Source: Octopus sinensis
Lineage: Eukaryota
Direction of reading: 5' to 3'
Length of the DNA: 64,000 nt
Assembly: GCF_006345805.1 (NCBI RefSeq)
Contig: NW_021833847.1
Span: forward strand, 36,543 to 100,542
In this document: positions 50,641 through 64,000 of the stretch, piece by piece
Layout: each line of letters begins with the position of its first letter
Numbering within the stretch: position 1 is the first letter of the stretch
Program-made: the position numbers and the translations under genes
The notes under the pieces: generated by a model
The model's input: only the letters and a program-made list of their open reading frames with translations
Told to the model about the DNA's origin: nothing
Databases searched by the model: none

Positions 50641-51510
50641 AAGACCTCGATACGAAATGGGATTGCACACTAGCAGGAACAGTTGAACAGAAAGTGAATG
50701 CGCTTGTAACTATTGCATTCAATTTGGCAAAAGATCGATTAAGAACAACGGACAGACCGTTTACCACGAGCTGACCGTGACCGTGTGAGAATGCGTAGAA
50801 GGGTAGAAAGCACCTGGAAGCGGAGGGAAGGGAAGAAGACCAAACGAGCGGAATTTGTCAAGCACTCTTTTGGGTTCACCGGAACGCTGTTAGGTGAAAC
50901 CAAACCAGGGAAACTGACCAGCTTCAAAGAAGAAGTAGAAGCACTTCTAGAAGCATTTCTAAGGAGCATTTCTAAGGTCATGACAATGATAGCCTAAGAA
51001 ACGCAGCCCTTGATTTTAGTCCAAATGTCGATATAGCTGAAGTACCACTAAATAAATTCAACCTCAGCCGTCCATCCTGAAAAGAAGTGGAACAAGTAAT
51101 GAAAAAGGCCAGATCAGGATCAGCTCCTTGCCCAAGTGGTATACCTTATAATGTAAACTAGAAATGCCAGTGGCTACTTCGGAGGCTGAGGACGCTGTGC
51201 CGAAAGATATAGACAAAGGATATAAACTCACCATGCTGGAAGAAGGTGGAAAGAACGTTTTGCGCCAAAAGAAGAAAACTCTACAGATTTTAATTAGTTC
51301 AGGGCCATTTCTCTCCTGAATGTTGAGGGGGAAATCTTTTTTTTCCGTAATGGCCAAAAGGATAACATCACACATAACTGAGAATGGTTATATGAAAAAC
51401 ATATATCCAGCTTTCGCAGGATGTCTGGAACATACTGGAATTCCCAGTCAGTTGATTCGTGAGGCTAAGAGAAGTACAGGTGACTTGACAGAGGTTTGGC
51501 TGGATCTGTG
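50640..51510 (+). mobile_element. HERO/R2-group LINE, RT N-terminal fragment
   Basis: Reads KKTKRAEFVKHSFGFTGTLLG; KEVEQVMKKARSGSAPCPSGIPY; FRAISLLNVEGxxFFSVMAKRIT; AGCLEHT...LIREAK...DLTEVWLDL. Confidence 0.85.
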
Positions 51511-52649
51511 TGGGTGTGTATGTATGTGTGTGTATGTATGTATGTATGTATGTATGTAAGTATGTATGTATATATATATGTACCCTAATATACATAAATA
51601 TATATATGAGGGTATGTGTTTGTGTGTGCATCTGTTTATTAGTTTGTATATGTAACATATATAATTAAATATCTCGTGATTTCGCGTAAGTATACAAAAG
51701 GATATATGGAAAAAGATATCCTATACTGTTTCTATAAGAGAGCTAGGTAAACAACAACCGGAATTAAACTGATTATATTTAGCAGAATCACAACAATTGT
51801 TGCTGTAATTCAACTACATAGCTGGTGTTGATATTCGTAATTGACATATTTATGTTTCAATGACATGCAAGTAATTATTGCAACATATGCATTTTGAAGC
51901 CTTCCGCCTGTTAATATTTATAATAATATTAACGATTTTGTACATTTTAGTGTAAGACCCATAATTTGTAAATGGAAAATACTCGTTCTTAGAGAAAATG
52001 GTAATTACCCAGTGAACATAAATGAACAAATCTAATTGCCGTAAAGCATTTCGCGTAGCACCTCACTCATTTTGAAACCCATTGCCGTATTTTATTACAA
52101 GATCAAAGCAAACTATTAAATGCATACCTTGGTCCATATCATCTAATCTTGTTGTAGATCTCAATGATCAATCTAGGATACAAGGCTACAAAAACTGCAT
52201 TGAGAACAACGGGGCTGGATGATTCACTGGATCGCAATCAAGAGATCTTGTAGCATTTTATGTATGTGTCGTTTTATTATTTATTGAGAGTATTTCATGC
52301 CTTGAGAGTGAAACGGGATATATTGTAACTGTAAAAGCACGGTGAATAAACCTTGCCTAAAGGTCAAATTTGAAGCCTTGTATTTATTTTGTCACGTAGC
52401 TTGACTGAATTTGAGTTAAGGGTATGTGTCATTGGATAACTTAGAGGCTCATACTATGATTAGATTATATTGAAGTCTCACCCGACTATCTTGTTTCTAT
52501 TCCTTTCTCTATATGTGGTGTGTGTTACTACTTTAACTACGCAATGTCCTTGAGCACTCTTCTGCATTAATTGAAATTTTTGGATTTCTTCGGCCATGCC
52601 TTCTCCATTGAGCAGGAGACCTACTGATGTCTTCTTCGTCGAGACTTAC

Positions 52650-52745
52650 TAAATTTTAGTTCAAACCTAAAATTGAGCTTCTTGATTTCGCAGTACTTGG
52701 AGTGTCAACAGCTACCGGATACATTATAGATACTCGTTTCTTTTC
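52650..52745 (-). other. Candidate 96-nt exon (one stop in each of two frames)
   Basis: Acceptor TTCTTTTATTATTGTGTCAG| and donor |GTAAGT. Phase 0 reads EKKRVSIMYPVAVDTPSTAKSRSSILGLN*; phase 1 reads KETSIYNVSGSC*HSKYCEIKKLNFRFELKF. Confidence 0.2.
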
Positions 52746-53485
52746 CTGACACAATAATAAAAGAACGATCAGAGTGGCCGATAATTAGAAATAATAGACA
52801 ATAATCCCACATTCCTTACTAATTTTTCCATTCCGTTATTCCCGAAACCAATATATCTATACTAATTGAAGTCATTTCAACATTCCCTAGCAAGTTGCAA
52901 CTTGACTGGAGTGCTTGAGTGGTTTTGGAATTAAATTTTGCAAATAAAAAATAGGCAGAATTTGAATCCAGAAGGCGAAGAACCGGTACATATAACGCAA
53001 GGTATCTAATCTGGCATATTAATTATTTTAATGATTCACATGGGGATAGTACTCCACATCGGATTGTTACGAAAATACATACAGGAAATAGTTACCTCAA
53101 CGATTCAGACTGCTAAGTGAAACAGTTGGAGATTGCAGACAAAAAATGGCTGGTGAGGACTGTGGCTGGAAAATTCATATGTGTAACCAAACTATTCGGC
53201 TCCTTGGCATAAGGAAATGAAGAAAGAGCATAAGGAGATGAAGAAAGTGAAGATAAAAGAAGCATAAACGTTCACAGTTCAACTTTCCGATCTTGTAGAA
53301 ATACGTCCATAAATCGTTATGCGTAAATCCACGTACCTTTATAGTACTGATAAAATAAATATCCTCGTACGTTATAGTACTGATAATATAAATATCTAGA
53401 AAAAAGATGCGAGCATATCAACGTTCAATAACAGAAAGAGCGAGCATTGATTGTCTGATAATTTCTACGATTTCACGAGCACAAA

Positions 53486-53720
53486 TTTCTGGCCTCAAAA
53501 ATACTCCTGGATCATTATTCGTCGCACGGATCATTAAGCGTGGGGCTCAGTAGCAAAGATTACCAACATACCTGCCTGCAGCACCATGGCTGAGCTGGTG
53601 GACAAGATAAAGGAAGTGTTCGATGACTCTTAGCAAGGACATAGTGAGGGATGTATGCGTTAGATTCTGGGACCGTCTTGTGATTGTGGTGGAAGATGAG
53701 GGCAGCTACTTTCAGTAAAC
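53486..53720 (+). mobile_element. maT (DD37D-type) transposase C-terminal relic
   Basis: Reads FWP...AWGSVAKITNIPACSTMAELVDKIKEVFD / KDIVRDVCVRFWDRLVIVVEDEGSYF. Confidence 0.6.
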
Positions 53721-53904
53721 TGTCACCTGCCAACCGTAATCAGGTTGACATTGCTTTGATTTTTTTAAACATATTTTTAAAATAAGAGTTTCAATTATGA
53801 AAATGGCGCATTCAATAATTTAGTCGTTGGTATGCCATGTCTTCGCAAGATAAGTGGTCATACTTTTGACCAATAAGTGCTAATCTCAGGAAGCTAAAGT
53901 ACAA

Positions 53905-54125
<221 letters not shown>

Positions 54126-54188
54126 CTTGCTACTGCTGCTGGTCCTACAAAACAACAATCGATCCTTAATCGTGTCTGCTTGCTATAG

Positions 54189-54350
54189 GAGGTATCAGCT
54201 TAAAGACTTACAAAGGAAAAGAGACAATGGATAATGTGGTACGCAGATTTGTTCTGATTAAAAAAGATGGTCACGACAAGAACGCCCCAGTTCAGAAGAC
54301 TATCGATCAGGGCAGGTCCCGGGTTGAACACGACATCAATAGCATCAAAT
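54189..54350 (+). other. Candidate 162-nt exon (opposite strand also open)
   Basis: Acceptor CTGCTTGCTATAG| and donor |GTAATT. Phase 1-1 reads GISLKTYKGKETMDNVVRRFVLIKKDGHDKNAPVQKTIDQGRSRVEHDINSIK. The minus strand is also open, with a GTAAGT donor. The strand is unresolved. Confidence 0.25.
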
Positions 54351-54616
54351 GTAATTATGTATAATTTCAAATACATTATGGCAATGTTATCACGAAAGAG
54401 TCGAGAGAGCAAGTGGTATTGTTGTTGCTGTGACTTGATGAAGCATTGCCCCCGGAGCGATTTCTTGCAATATATACATACATTCCTAAATACATACATA
54501 CATACATACATACATACATACATACATACATACCTACCTACATACGTACGTACATACATATATACATACATATATATATATATATAAATACACAAACATA
54601 CAGACATAAACTTACA

Positions 54617-54650
<34 letters not shown>

Positions 54651-54652
<2 letters not shown>

Positions 54653-54849
54653 CGCAGGAGTGACTGTGTGGTAAGTAGCTTGATTACGAACAACATGGTT
54701 CTAGGTTCATTCCCATTGTGTGGCACCTTGGGCAAGTGTCTTTTACTATAGCCTCGGGCCAACCAAAGCCTTGTGAGTGGAATTCGTGGACGGAAACTAA
54801 AAGAAACATGTCGTATATATGCATAAATATATATTGTGTATATATATAT

Positions 54850-54893
<44 letters not shown>

Positions 54894-55097
54894 CATATTT
54901 ATGTATGTGTATATAAGTTTCTGTGTCTGTGTTTGTTCATCAACATCGCTTCACAACCGATGCTACTGTGATTACTTAGCGGTTTGGCAAAAGAAACCGA
55001 TAGGATAAGTACTAGGCTTACAGAGAATTCCTGGGGTCCATTTGCTCGACTAAAGGCGGTGCTCCAGGATGGCCGCAGTCAAACAAGTAAAAGAGAG
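54651..55097 (+). mobile_element. SINE family A, full length
   Basis: Runs from the head GGCGCAGGAGTGACTGTGTGG to the tail AAACAAGTAAAAGAG. Confidence 0.92.
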
Positions 55098-55274
55098 AAA
55101 AAAAGAGAGCAATATATACACTCACGCGTATATGTATGAAGGGGAGATAACCACTCCAAAATGCTTACATCACATTGTCTCGATTTAAAAAATTTAGTGA
55201 AAATATTTCAACTCTAGATTTAGTAAATTAGTCCTCAAAATCCTTGATAATAAACAAAAATAAATCTCTGCTAC

Positions 55275-55694
55275 AAGCTACAGTAGCATCCACCCTTAGT
55301 GGTTAGCCATATTGGGATGGCAAATATACTTCACATTGTCGTGCAGGTACTGTCTATACCTCGTTCAGAGATTTATTTTTGCTTGTATACACTTTTTCAA
55401 GATCAGTGACGAAAAGTTCCTGGAAAAGAAACGATATAAATATTTGCATTGGGACTTTTTTCATCGAAAACCGGTGATAGTCGTGCGCTGATGACGGGTC
55501 AATATCCATAAACTGCAGTCCGTGTGTATCACCTAGATTGACGAGGGAAGGATGACTTCCCTTTGCAAATACCGATAGGGCACAGAAAGTGTGCCTATAA
55601 CCAGCTGGAGGAGATGTTCTCCTGGGGCTAAAAGCTACAGTAACATCCACCCTTAGTGGTTAGGCATATTGAGGTCGCAAATATACCTCACATC
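55275..55694. repeat. ~63-bp direct repeats, period 357
   Basis: AAGCTACAGTA(G/A)CATCCACCCTTAGTGGTTAG...CAAATATAC(T/C)TCACAT at 55275-55337 and 55632-55694. Confidence 0.85.
55360..55419 (-). other. Candidate 60-nt exon
   Basis: Acceptor ATCGTTTCTTTTCCAG| and donor GAG|GTATAG. Open only in phase 0-0: ELFVTDLEKVYTSKNKSLNE. Confidence 0.25.
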
Positions 55695-55837
55695 CTTGAT
55701 AATACTTATCTGGTAAAAGTCGATCATATAGATGTTACCTTAAATCTAAAAAACTTCAAGGAAACAGTGTCTTTAAATATAATATATATTATAACCGTCC
55801 TAAATATAATAAAAATAATAAAATTACACCTAAGTAT

Positions 55838-56142
55838 GTGGAGGCACATGACTTAATGGTTAAAGCAGCGGACTCGCAGTCGGGTTCGAATCTCAGACCG
55901 GGCGATGTATGTGTTTATGAGCGAAACACCTAAGTTCCACGCGGCTCCAGCAGAAGGTATTGGCGAAATTCTGCAGACTCTTTCGCCACAAATTTCTCTC
56001 ACTCTTTCCTCCTGCATCTTGCAGCTCACCTGCGACGGACCGGCGTCCCGTCCAGGTGGGGCAACCTATACACCAAGAACCCGGGAAACCGGTCTTTATG
56101 AGCCAGGCATGTCTTGAGAAGGAACAAACAAAGCAAAAACAA
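55838..56142 (+). mobile_element. Chimeric SINE (family D-like head, family C-like tail) with a 12-bp TSD
   Basis: TSD ACACCTAAGTAT at 55826-55837 and 56143-56154. The head GCAGCGGACTCGC...CAGACCGGGCG is D-like; the tail CCGTCCAGGTGGGG...CCGGGAAAC...TTATGAGCC is C-like. Confidence 0.85.
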
Positions 56143-56368
56143 ACACCTAAGTATAGACCAAGTAAAATAATTTGGTTTGCAACATCTTTTCCATCAATGA
56201 TAAGTCTAACGTAGATTCTAGACTCTCTCAGAAAATAAAAACAATACAGACAGATCTTTAACAGGCGTTTCCAATAAATCATAATAAAGATGGTGTCCCA
56301 ATATGAGAGACATAGTTACTCGTAAACACCACCAATAATCCCACTCCTAGGCAACTGGCCCACTTATT

Positions 56369-56444
<76 letters not shown>

Positions 56445-56449
56445 CATAG

Positions 56450-56486
<37 letters not shown>

Positions 56487-56507
56487 ATATATATATATAT
56501 ATAGATA

Positions 56508-56552
<45 letters not shown>

Positions 56553-56896
56553 CATACATCCATAGAAACATACACAGACATAAACACACACGCAGACACA
56601 TTTCTTCCACAGCTTACTTTTAAAAACCTTTCTCACTCTGAGGATTATACAGAACCCAACGAGTACGAAACCGAATATTTATTTCCCTATTATTCATTTT
56701 CACTTGAATTTTGCCTGAATAATAAGATAATATTATTTTATGGTCAACGTTAAGTGAGGAGCAAATTCTGTCCGAAAACATAATATATTGCAAGATATAA
56801 TTCTGTAGGTGTTTCGTTTGTTTTTGTGTATGTCTATATATACATACGTACATACGTGTATATATATATATATATATATAGATATATATAGATATA

Positions 56897-56958
<62 letters not shown>

Positions 56959-57032
56959 ATATATATATACATTTCTACATTTATATAATTTACTATACAC
57001 ATTCACACACGACCCCATATATATATATTTCC

Positions 57033-57065
<33 letters not shown>

Positions 57066-57066
57066 T

Positions 57067-57121
<55 letters not shown>

Positions 57122-57781
57122 TGGATATATAGATAGATCGATAGACAGTCAGACAGACAGACAGATAAATATATAGATAGAAAGATAGATAGATACGCTT
57201 ATTTACTATACATATTCCCACACGATCACATACAGATCAGATGTTGCATATTTCTGTAGAGGAATCATCATTATTCACTCACATGGAGCTTTGTTCGACC
57301 TCAGTAATGTCTTTTAGCTAAAATATATTTTATGGTTATTTAAAAAAAAATCGAGAAGATAAATGTTTCTCGTCTTATTAGTCTTCCTGTTAATGCTGAA
57401 GTTGCATCTGTTGTCAGTTTCCGTATTTTTTCAGGCTAATAGGATAACTAAAAAAAAATATTGAACTCGCTATTTTATAGACTGTTAATATAGTGCTGAA
57501 TGTCATATACATATATATATATATATAATATATAGATATATATATATATATATGTATGTATTGTACGTATTTTACGTATGTATGTAAATGTGTTGTTTCT
57601 TTAGCTTTCCTGGTTTTACAAGTGTGTATATATATGTGTAAGTATTTATACACATCTATAATAATATCTGAATTTATCCATCCGCTCTTCCTCCTGTGAA
57701 CCAGCCAGAAATTTTACTTTCTCTACAGATGTGTGTCTGTGTGTATGATACATACTTTTATATATAGTATGTATATATGTC

Positions 57782-57841
<60 letters not shown>

Positions 57842-57861
57842 TATAATATTGTATATATATA

Positions 57862-57908
<47 letters not shown>

Positions 57909-58271
57909 TATACATATATATATACGTATATATATTCATAGATGCATACTCACTCATATAGACACACATACACGCATATAAATACATCGATATATAGATA
58001 CAGGCATACTTTCTTACGTACGTATTGTTCTGTATTTTCTTTTATTTACGTATCTTTTTGTTGTTAATTTCTTCTTTTCTTTCTTCATGCTCCTTTTCAT
58101 CTTTCAAACCTTAATTTTCATCTTTCATCTCGTTCATATTTATATTCATATTCATATACGCCATTCTCCCTCATCTTTTTTCCCCACCCGCCACTCCAAT
58201 CTACCTTCTTTTCACTCCTGTCTTTCTAACCATTCAATGACTTTTTAAGCATATATACATATGTTTATGCA

Positions 58272-58310
<39 letters not shown>

Positions 58311-58749
58311 TTGTGTGCGTGTGTGTGTATCATACACAACTCATACACACCCACACACATGCTTATATATATAGACATATACATATACGTCTTATATTTT
58401 TTTGGTTCCAGAACCATTCTCCTGCCTAGTCTTCCGTGCTGCCGGTTATTTCAATTCGTGTCTGCCTCGCTGGGTTTTTCTTAAAGTCAAAAGACTTAAG
58501 GCCTTAAGGGTTTCGTGTTCTTCTTAGAAAATATTCAGTTCTGCAACAGGAAAAGAAAAATATACAGAAAAGTTGTATACAACAAAATTCATAGAACAAA
58601 ACAAGGAAAAAAGTGAAATGTATTGATAAGAATGAACACCAAAAAAACGAAAAGAATAGAACAGAAAAGAAAGCGTCAACAATAATACTAATAATTATAT
58701 TAATATTAATAAGAAGAAAAAATACCTATGATGCTTGATGTTGATGCGG

Positions 58750-58773
58750 CTAATAATAATGATAATAATAATA

Positions 58774-58830
<57 letters not shown>

Positions 58831-58882
58831 CGATAATAATAATCTATAATAATAATTCATAATAATAATAATAATAATAATG

Positions 58883-58915
<33 letters not shown>

Positions 58916-59180
58916 TAATAATAATAATAATAATAACAACACAACAATAATAATAATAATAATAATAATAACAACGGCAACAACAACAAGAAAAACAATA
59001 ATAATGATAACAAAAATAATAATGAAATTAATACGTAGAAGAAGAAGACGAAGAAGAAGTAGAGTAGAAGAAGTAGAAGGAGAGAAGAAGAAGTAGAAGA
59101 AGAAGTAGAAGAAGAAGAAGAAGAAGAAGAAGAAGAAGAAGAAGAAGAAGAAGAAGAAGAAGAAGAAGAAGAAGAAGAAG
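58750..59180. repeat. (TAA)n followed by (GAA)n microsatellites
   Basis: Direct inspection. Confidence 0.95.
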
Positions 59181-59503
59181 GATCCCAATATTAATATATT
59201 TATAACAATAATGGTGATACTAGTAATAATAACAGGATAAAGAAAAATTAGAAATTTTAAAATGTATGAAAATATCAAAAGTAAGAAAATAGCTATACTT
59301 GAAGTAATAATAGTAATAATAATGATTAAAGCAAGAAAATACAGCGTTATTTATGAATATATAATGTTAAATTCCTTCACAAACATAGAAGCACTCAAAA
59401 TTACTTACATGAATACATACACACAGAGGCATACTCACACACACATGCATATATATACACCAACAAACACATATCCTCACGCATATATGTATATATCTAT
59501 AAT

Positions 59504-59537
<34 letters not shown>

Positions 59538-59597
59538 AATATATATATGTATAAATATATATACATATATATATATATGTATAAATATATATATATG

Positions 59598-59649
<52 letters not shown>

Positions 59650-59757
59650 ATAATATATGTGCCTTGTGCATGTTTTGTGTCAAACTACGATATAGAATAA
59701 TATAAATATATTTATATACGTATAATGCATGCATGTATGTATATTATATCTATATAT

Positions 59758-59795
<38 letters not shown>

Positions 59796-60429
59796 TATAT
59801 ATTATATGTATATATATATATATTTATTATATATATATATATATATATGTACAAATATATGTATATATTATGTATATATATATATATACAATATATTTAT
59901 GTATGTACTTGTGTATGTATAGATATACATATAGTTGCATACTTATATGTGTATGTGTATGATGTATGTAAAATTTCTATATGCATATTTATACATTTGC
60001 ATGCATATCCAACCCCCACACATGTAAGAACCTATCCAGCCACGTCCACACCAGTACACAATATCTCATACATATATTGTGTATATAAATGTACTTACAG
60101 GATTACAAGCAAAGAGCTTCGATAGAATATTTTGCCGTATGCAATTCTACCAGCAAAATCGTCTTTCAAAGAATGGAGGTAGTTGTAATATGATCCACCG
60201 AAGAAATGAATATTTACGAAATCTCTATAGTAAATCTATTTATTAAGTATAGTGGACATTTTTTAGCAATGTAGAAATTTATTGAAAGATGGCTACGTAA
60301 TTTTGCATCCAATGAAGGAGCATATATACATATTTATCAGTCAAATTATGGCCGAATTATCATCGTTTTAAATTCCCTTTACAATAATATGATCGTGATA
60401 AATCCCTCTATCATTTTCGGCAAGTTTCA

Positions 60430-60848
60430 TTTACTTATTTTTTATTGCCCACGAGTGCTAAACATAGAGGGGACAAGCAAAGGCAGACAATGAGATTAAG
60501 TCGATTACATTGACACCAGTGCGTAACTGGTACTTAATTTATCGACCCAGACAGGATGAAAGGCAAAGACGACCTCGGCGGAATTTGAACTCAGAACACA
60601 ACGGCAGACGAAATACCTATTTCTTTACTACCCACAAGGGGATAAACACAGGGAGACAGACAAGGACAGACAAACGGATTAAGTCGATTATATCGACCCA
60701 AGTGCGTAACAGGTACTTAATTTATCGACCCCGAAAGGATAAAAGGCAAAGTCGACCTCGGCGGAATTTGAACTCAGAACGTAACGGCGGACGAAATACG
60801 GCTACGCATTTCGCCCGGCGTGCTAACGTTTCTGCCAGCTCGCCGCCT
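60430..60848 (-). mobile_element. SINE family B head-to-tail dimer (full length plus 5'-truncated)
   Basis: The full copy ends ...GTAAAGAAATAG and continues directly into GTATTTCGTCTGCCG..., which starts a second, more diverged copy. Confidence 0.88.
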
Positions 60849-61704
60849 TATATAGGGTACGGGACACTAATATTCTGTCCGCCTTATTTCATTTCATTTT
60901 CTGTGATCTGAAATCGCTCCAGAAATACTGAAAATATTTAATTTGAAGAAGCAGCATTTCCTTCATGTTATAGTGTTTCCTTTCCAGAATTACGTTGAGG
61001 GTATAACTGTGGGTTCGTCACCCAATGATATGCTAATACGAACTCACTGGAAATTGGATGCCTCCAACAAAGAAACAGTGACTATCTAACAGAGATTTGA
61101 TTGATTTATGTTACATATACATTGAACATTTTCATACAATGGTGTATGTATTTACACGTTAAATTTTATAACACTGTTAGGAAATGAAATATGTCTGATG
61201 GTCTGTAATTAATAGCAACATATATAGCATTTCGACAAGAAAAAATATCCACACCCTTCCGTCTTTATAAACCATTATCGTCCTTGAGATTTATGAAAAA
61301 TAATAAGTACATAGCATTATTTATGGTATATACATATATATATATGTCCCTCATGAGCCAGATTCAGCAGTGTTTAGATGCTACGGACACCCTGAAACAG
61401 CATGGATTATTACCCCAAAGCAAACTTGACACGCTGCATGCTATAATCTATTTAAAAGTAAATGTTACATGTAAATTTAAACCAAGACAAAAAAAAGTGT
61501 GTCGGTATAAAGTAAAGGCTCCTAAAGTGTTAATATCGTCTTAAAATAAATTAGAATCTGGTTTAAAGATTTAAGACTTCATATGCTCCTAAGAAGATTA
61601 GGGAAAACCCTCGACATATACTCGCGCATACATGTAAATGCATACTCACAGAGGAATATACACACATATATAAACACATATATATACATATATAACACAC
61701 ACAC

Positions 61705-61762
<58 letters not shown>

Positions 61763-62132
61763 GACAGACATATGGGTAGATGGATAGATAAATACATACA
61801 TACGTACATATATACATACACACACACTCAAAAACTAACAGTGAAACATTGGTACACACACACGTACGCACACATAGTATATATATTCATTAGTTAGCCA
61901 CTTACATGCACACAGGATTACCTTTGCTACAGGGGTTGACAGTGCTTCATTTTTCGCTAAATCTGACATTTTATAAAAGATTAAATGATTAGACTGAATC
62001 TTTGTTTTATTCTTGTTTTATGTTAATTTAAATACTTTGTCATTTGCTCTTACCACCTGTTCTGCTATTTACGTCACCTTTATAGCCTACCTATATCTGT
62101 CCCTTGCCTATTTCCTTGCTGTTTATTAGGGC

Positions 62133-62178
<46 letters not shown>

Positions 62179-63814
62179 TATATTATATAATATATGTGCC
62201 TATCTTACATGTGTTTACCTTTTGATTGTGTATATACCTGAACGTGTGCACCTCTCATTAATTCATGAACCATTCACCTTCTCTTTAATGATGCTTGTCT
62301 CTCATCAATCTATCTTTCTAAATCCGTGCCTTCCTTACATTTCATAGGTTTCTGACATGTATTTATCATAGCAAAATAGATTTTTTTTTTGTCTGAAACG
62401 CCGTGGAATTACTAATGCTTCATTCATCTATTGAATATTATTTTCCTTGTTTTTTATTTTAATACACTTGGAACTCCTTTTGAACACATAGGATGTCGCT
62501 CCAACAATCTCAAGTGATTAATTCATTCTTAGTTATACTACCACTTCCAATTGCATAAATCTCCACATACCGCCCATGTCAAATTTTTGTTCTGTGTTAC
62601 ACAAACATCCTACTACATACATAAACTGTTTACCTTTCATATCAATCAAATGTTTATATATATATATATATATACACAAACATAGATACAAGTAAATATG
62701 GGAAATTATTTAATCGCCACAATATAAAGTTTCGTATACAACTACTACAAATTTAGCTGAGATTATACCAGCATACAATAAACAGAAAATTAGGGAATAT
62801 ATCTATTCTAAATCTATACACAAGTGTAGAATAATTTATGTATATTGTGAAATTAATTCTAATGATAATCTTCCTAAACTGGGTTTCGATTCTTTAAGTA
62901 CTTACGACTCGTATACTACTGTTGTGTTATCACCTAGCTTTAACAGTAATTGTAATAATAATAATCCCACCTTATCCCCTAATTCTGAAAGGAATACTAG
63001 TAGACTTTCTTTTTGATTACGAGTACCAAATACAAGTGAATAAATATCTGTGTAATTGTAAATATAAATATGTATAACCTTTCGTAAATCAGTGTTTAAG
63101 GAAAAATATAGTGTAACAATGTAAGCTAAAAGCAGGGATTACCACATTGGTAAGGATTACAACAGTTGTTCATCTACTACAATATGGAAGTCTAGAGTTC
63201 ATAATCATTTTCACAATATATAAAAATTAATTCTACAAAACTGAGTAGATGCGTTTGGGAATTAAATGACAGGAAAATTAAGTGTGACTTAAAGTGTCGC
63301 ATTTTTAATTATGCACCATTGTGCAATATTGGTAATTCGACATGTAATCTTTGCTTTGAAGAAATGTATTATATAATTACTTCTGAATTATTTTTCTGAA
63401 TTTTTTGGGGAGGTTTACAATAACATGTAGCCATAGATGCACATATTTCAATACTTAATTATAATAGCTTTTCATATATTATATAATAAATTTAAGACTT
63501 CTAAAGATTTACTACATTTCGTTATACTTCTAATTATTATAATACGGAATCCTTATGTTCATTTTCTGTTATTTATTTATCCAGTGACGTCACCAATAGT
63601 TGAATAAAAAAAATACCGTTTATTAGATTGCATTTCTGTTTTTTTAGAATCTATGTCTCTATCTTTCTGATTGTCGTAATATAAAATGCATATGCCTGTT
63701 ATTTGTTCTTTCGTTATTCAGTGATGTAAAATATAGCTGAAAAGAAAAATAGACTTTCGTAAATATGTTAATTTATATTATTTTTTTAATTTTAATTTTA
63801 ATTTTATTTTTATC

Positions 63815-64000
63815 TAGTTTCAGCACACAAGCTGTGGCCATGCGGGGCACCGCCATTTGGTGTTGCTACATGATTTTACTTCACGAATGCTTTTTAGCAA
63901 TTGCCATTTGGTGCATGAGAGAGTCGATGCAGCTGCCCTCATCTGCACCTCCTGCCGTGAAGTTGGTTCATCTGGGACACCTGACAAGAAGAGATCCAGT
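63815..64000 (-). mobile_element. Probable LINE 3' end sharing its terminal motif with SINE family A
   Basis: The minus strand ends GGCGGTGCCCCGCATGGCCACAGC...CTGAAACTAGATAAAAA, compared with SINE A GGCGGTGCTCCAGCATGGCCGCAGTC...CTGAAACAAGTAAAA. The upstream sequence is not SINE A, and the element runs off the window. Confidence 0.5.

Noticed and set aside
54305-54340. DVVFNPGP, resembling a 2A ribosomal-skip motif (minus strand)
   Set aside because: It lacks the required Glu (D-V/I-E-x-NPGP) and the upstream LL-x-x-GD context.
58390-58540. Very strong minus-strand acceptor (TTTTTCTTTTCCTGTTGCAG)
   Set aside because: All frames contain stops. It could be a UTR exon, but there is no further support.

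Overview
AT-rich, microsatellite-dense eukaryotic DNA with no prokaryotic features (no operons, rRNA, true tRNA genes or CRISPR). The repeat content, several tRNA-headed SINE families plus very abundant (TA)n/(CA)n/(TATC)n/(TAA)n tracts, resembles octopus (coleoid cephalopod) genomic DNA; this is recognition from memory, not a database result. Almost all ORF-track entries are microsatellite translations or transposon relics. The best-supported large feature is a young L1/Tx1-clade retrotransposon. It has a near-complete ORF2 (APE endonuclease, RT, Zn finger) at 38136-41919 and a second 5'-truncated copy at 36982-37770. Both copies sit inside (TATC)n arrays, which suggests microsatellite-targeted insertion. 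Also present: relics of RTE, R4/Dong, HERO and Penelope retroelements; mariner, maT (DD37D), hAT-like and Helitron DNA transposons; and about 25 SINE copies or fragments of four modular families. No host gene could be named. Several splice-site-bounded candidate exons are listed at low confidence. Frequent 1-bp indels, seen when comparing the two Tx1 copies, suggest an imperfectly polished long-read assembly. All coordinates were read by eye, so boundaries are approximate unless a TIR or TSD defines them.
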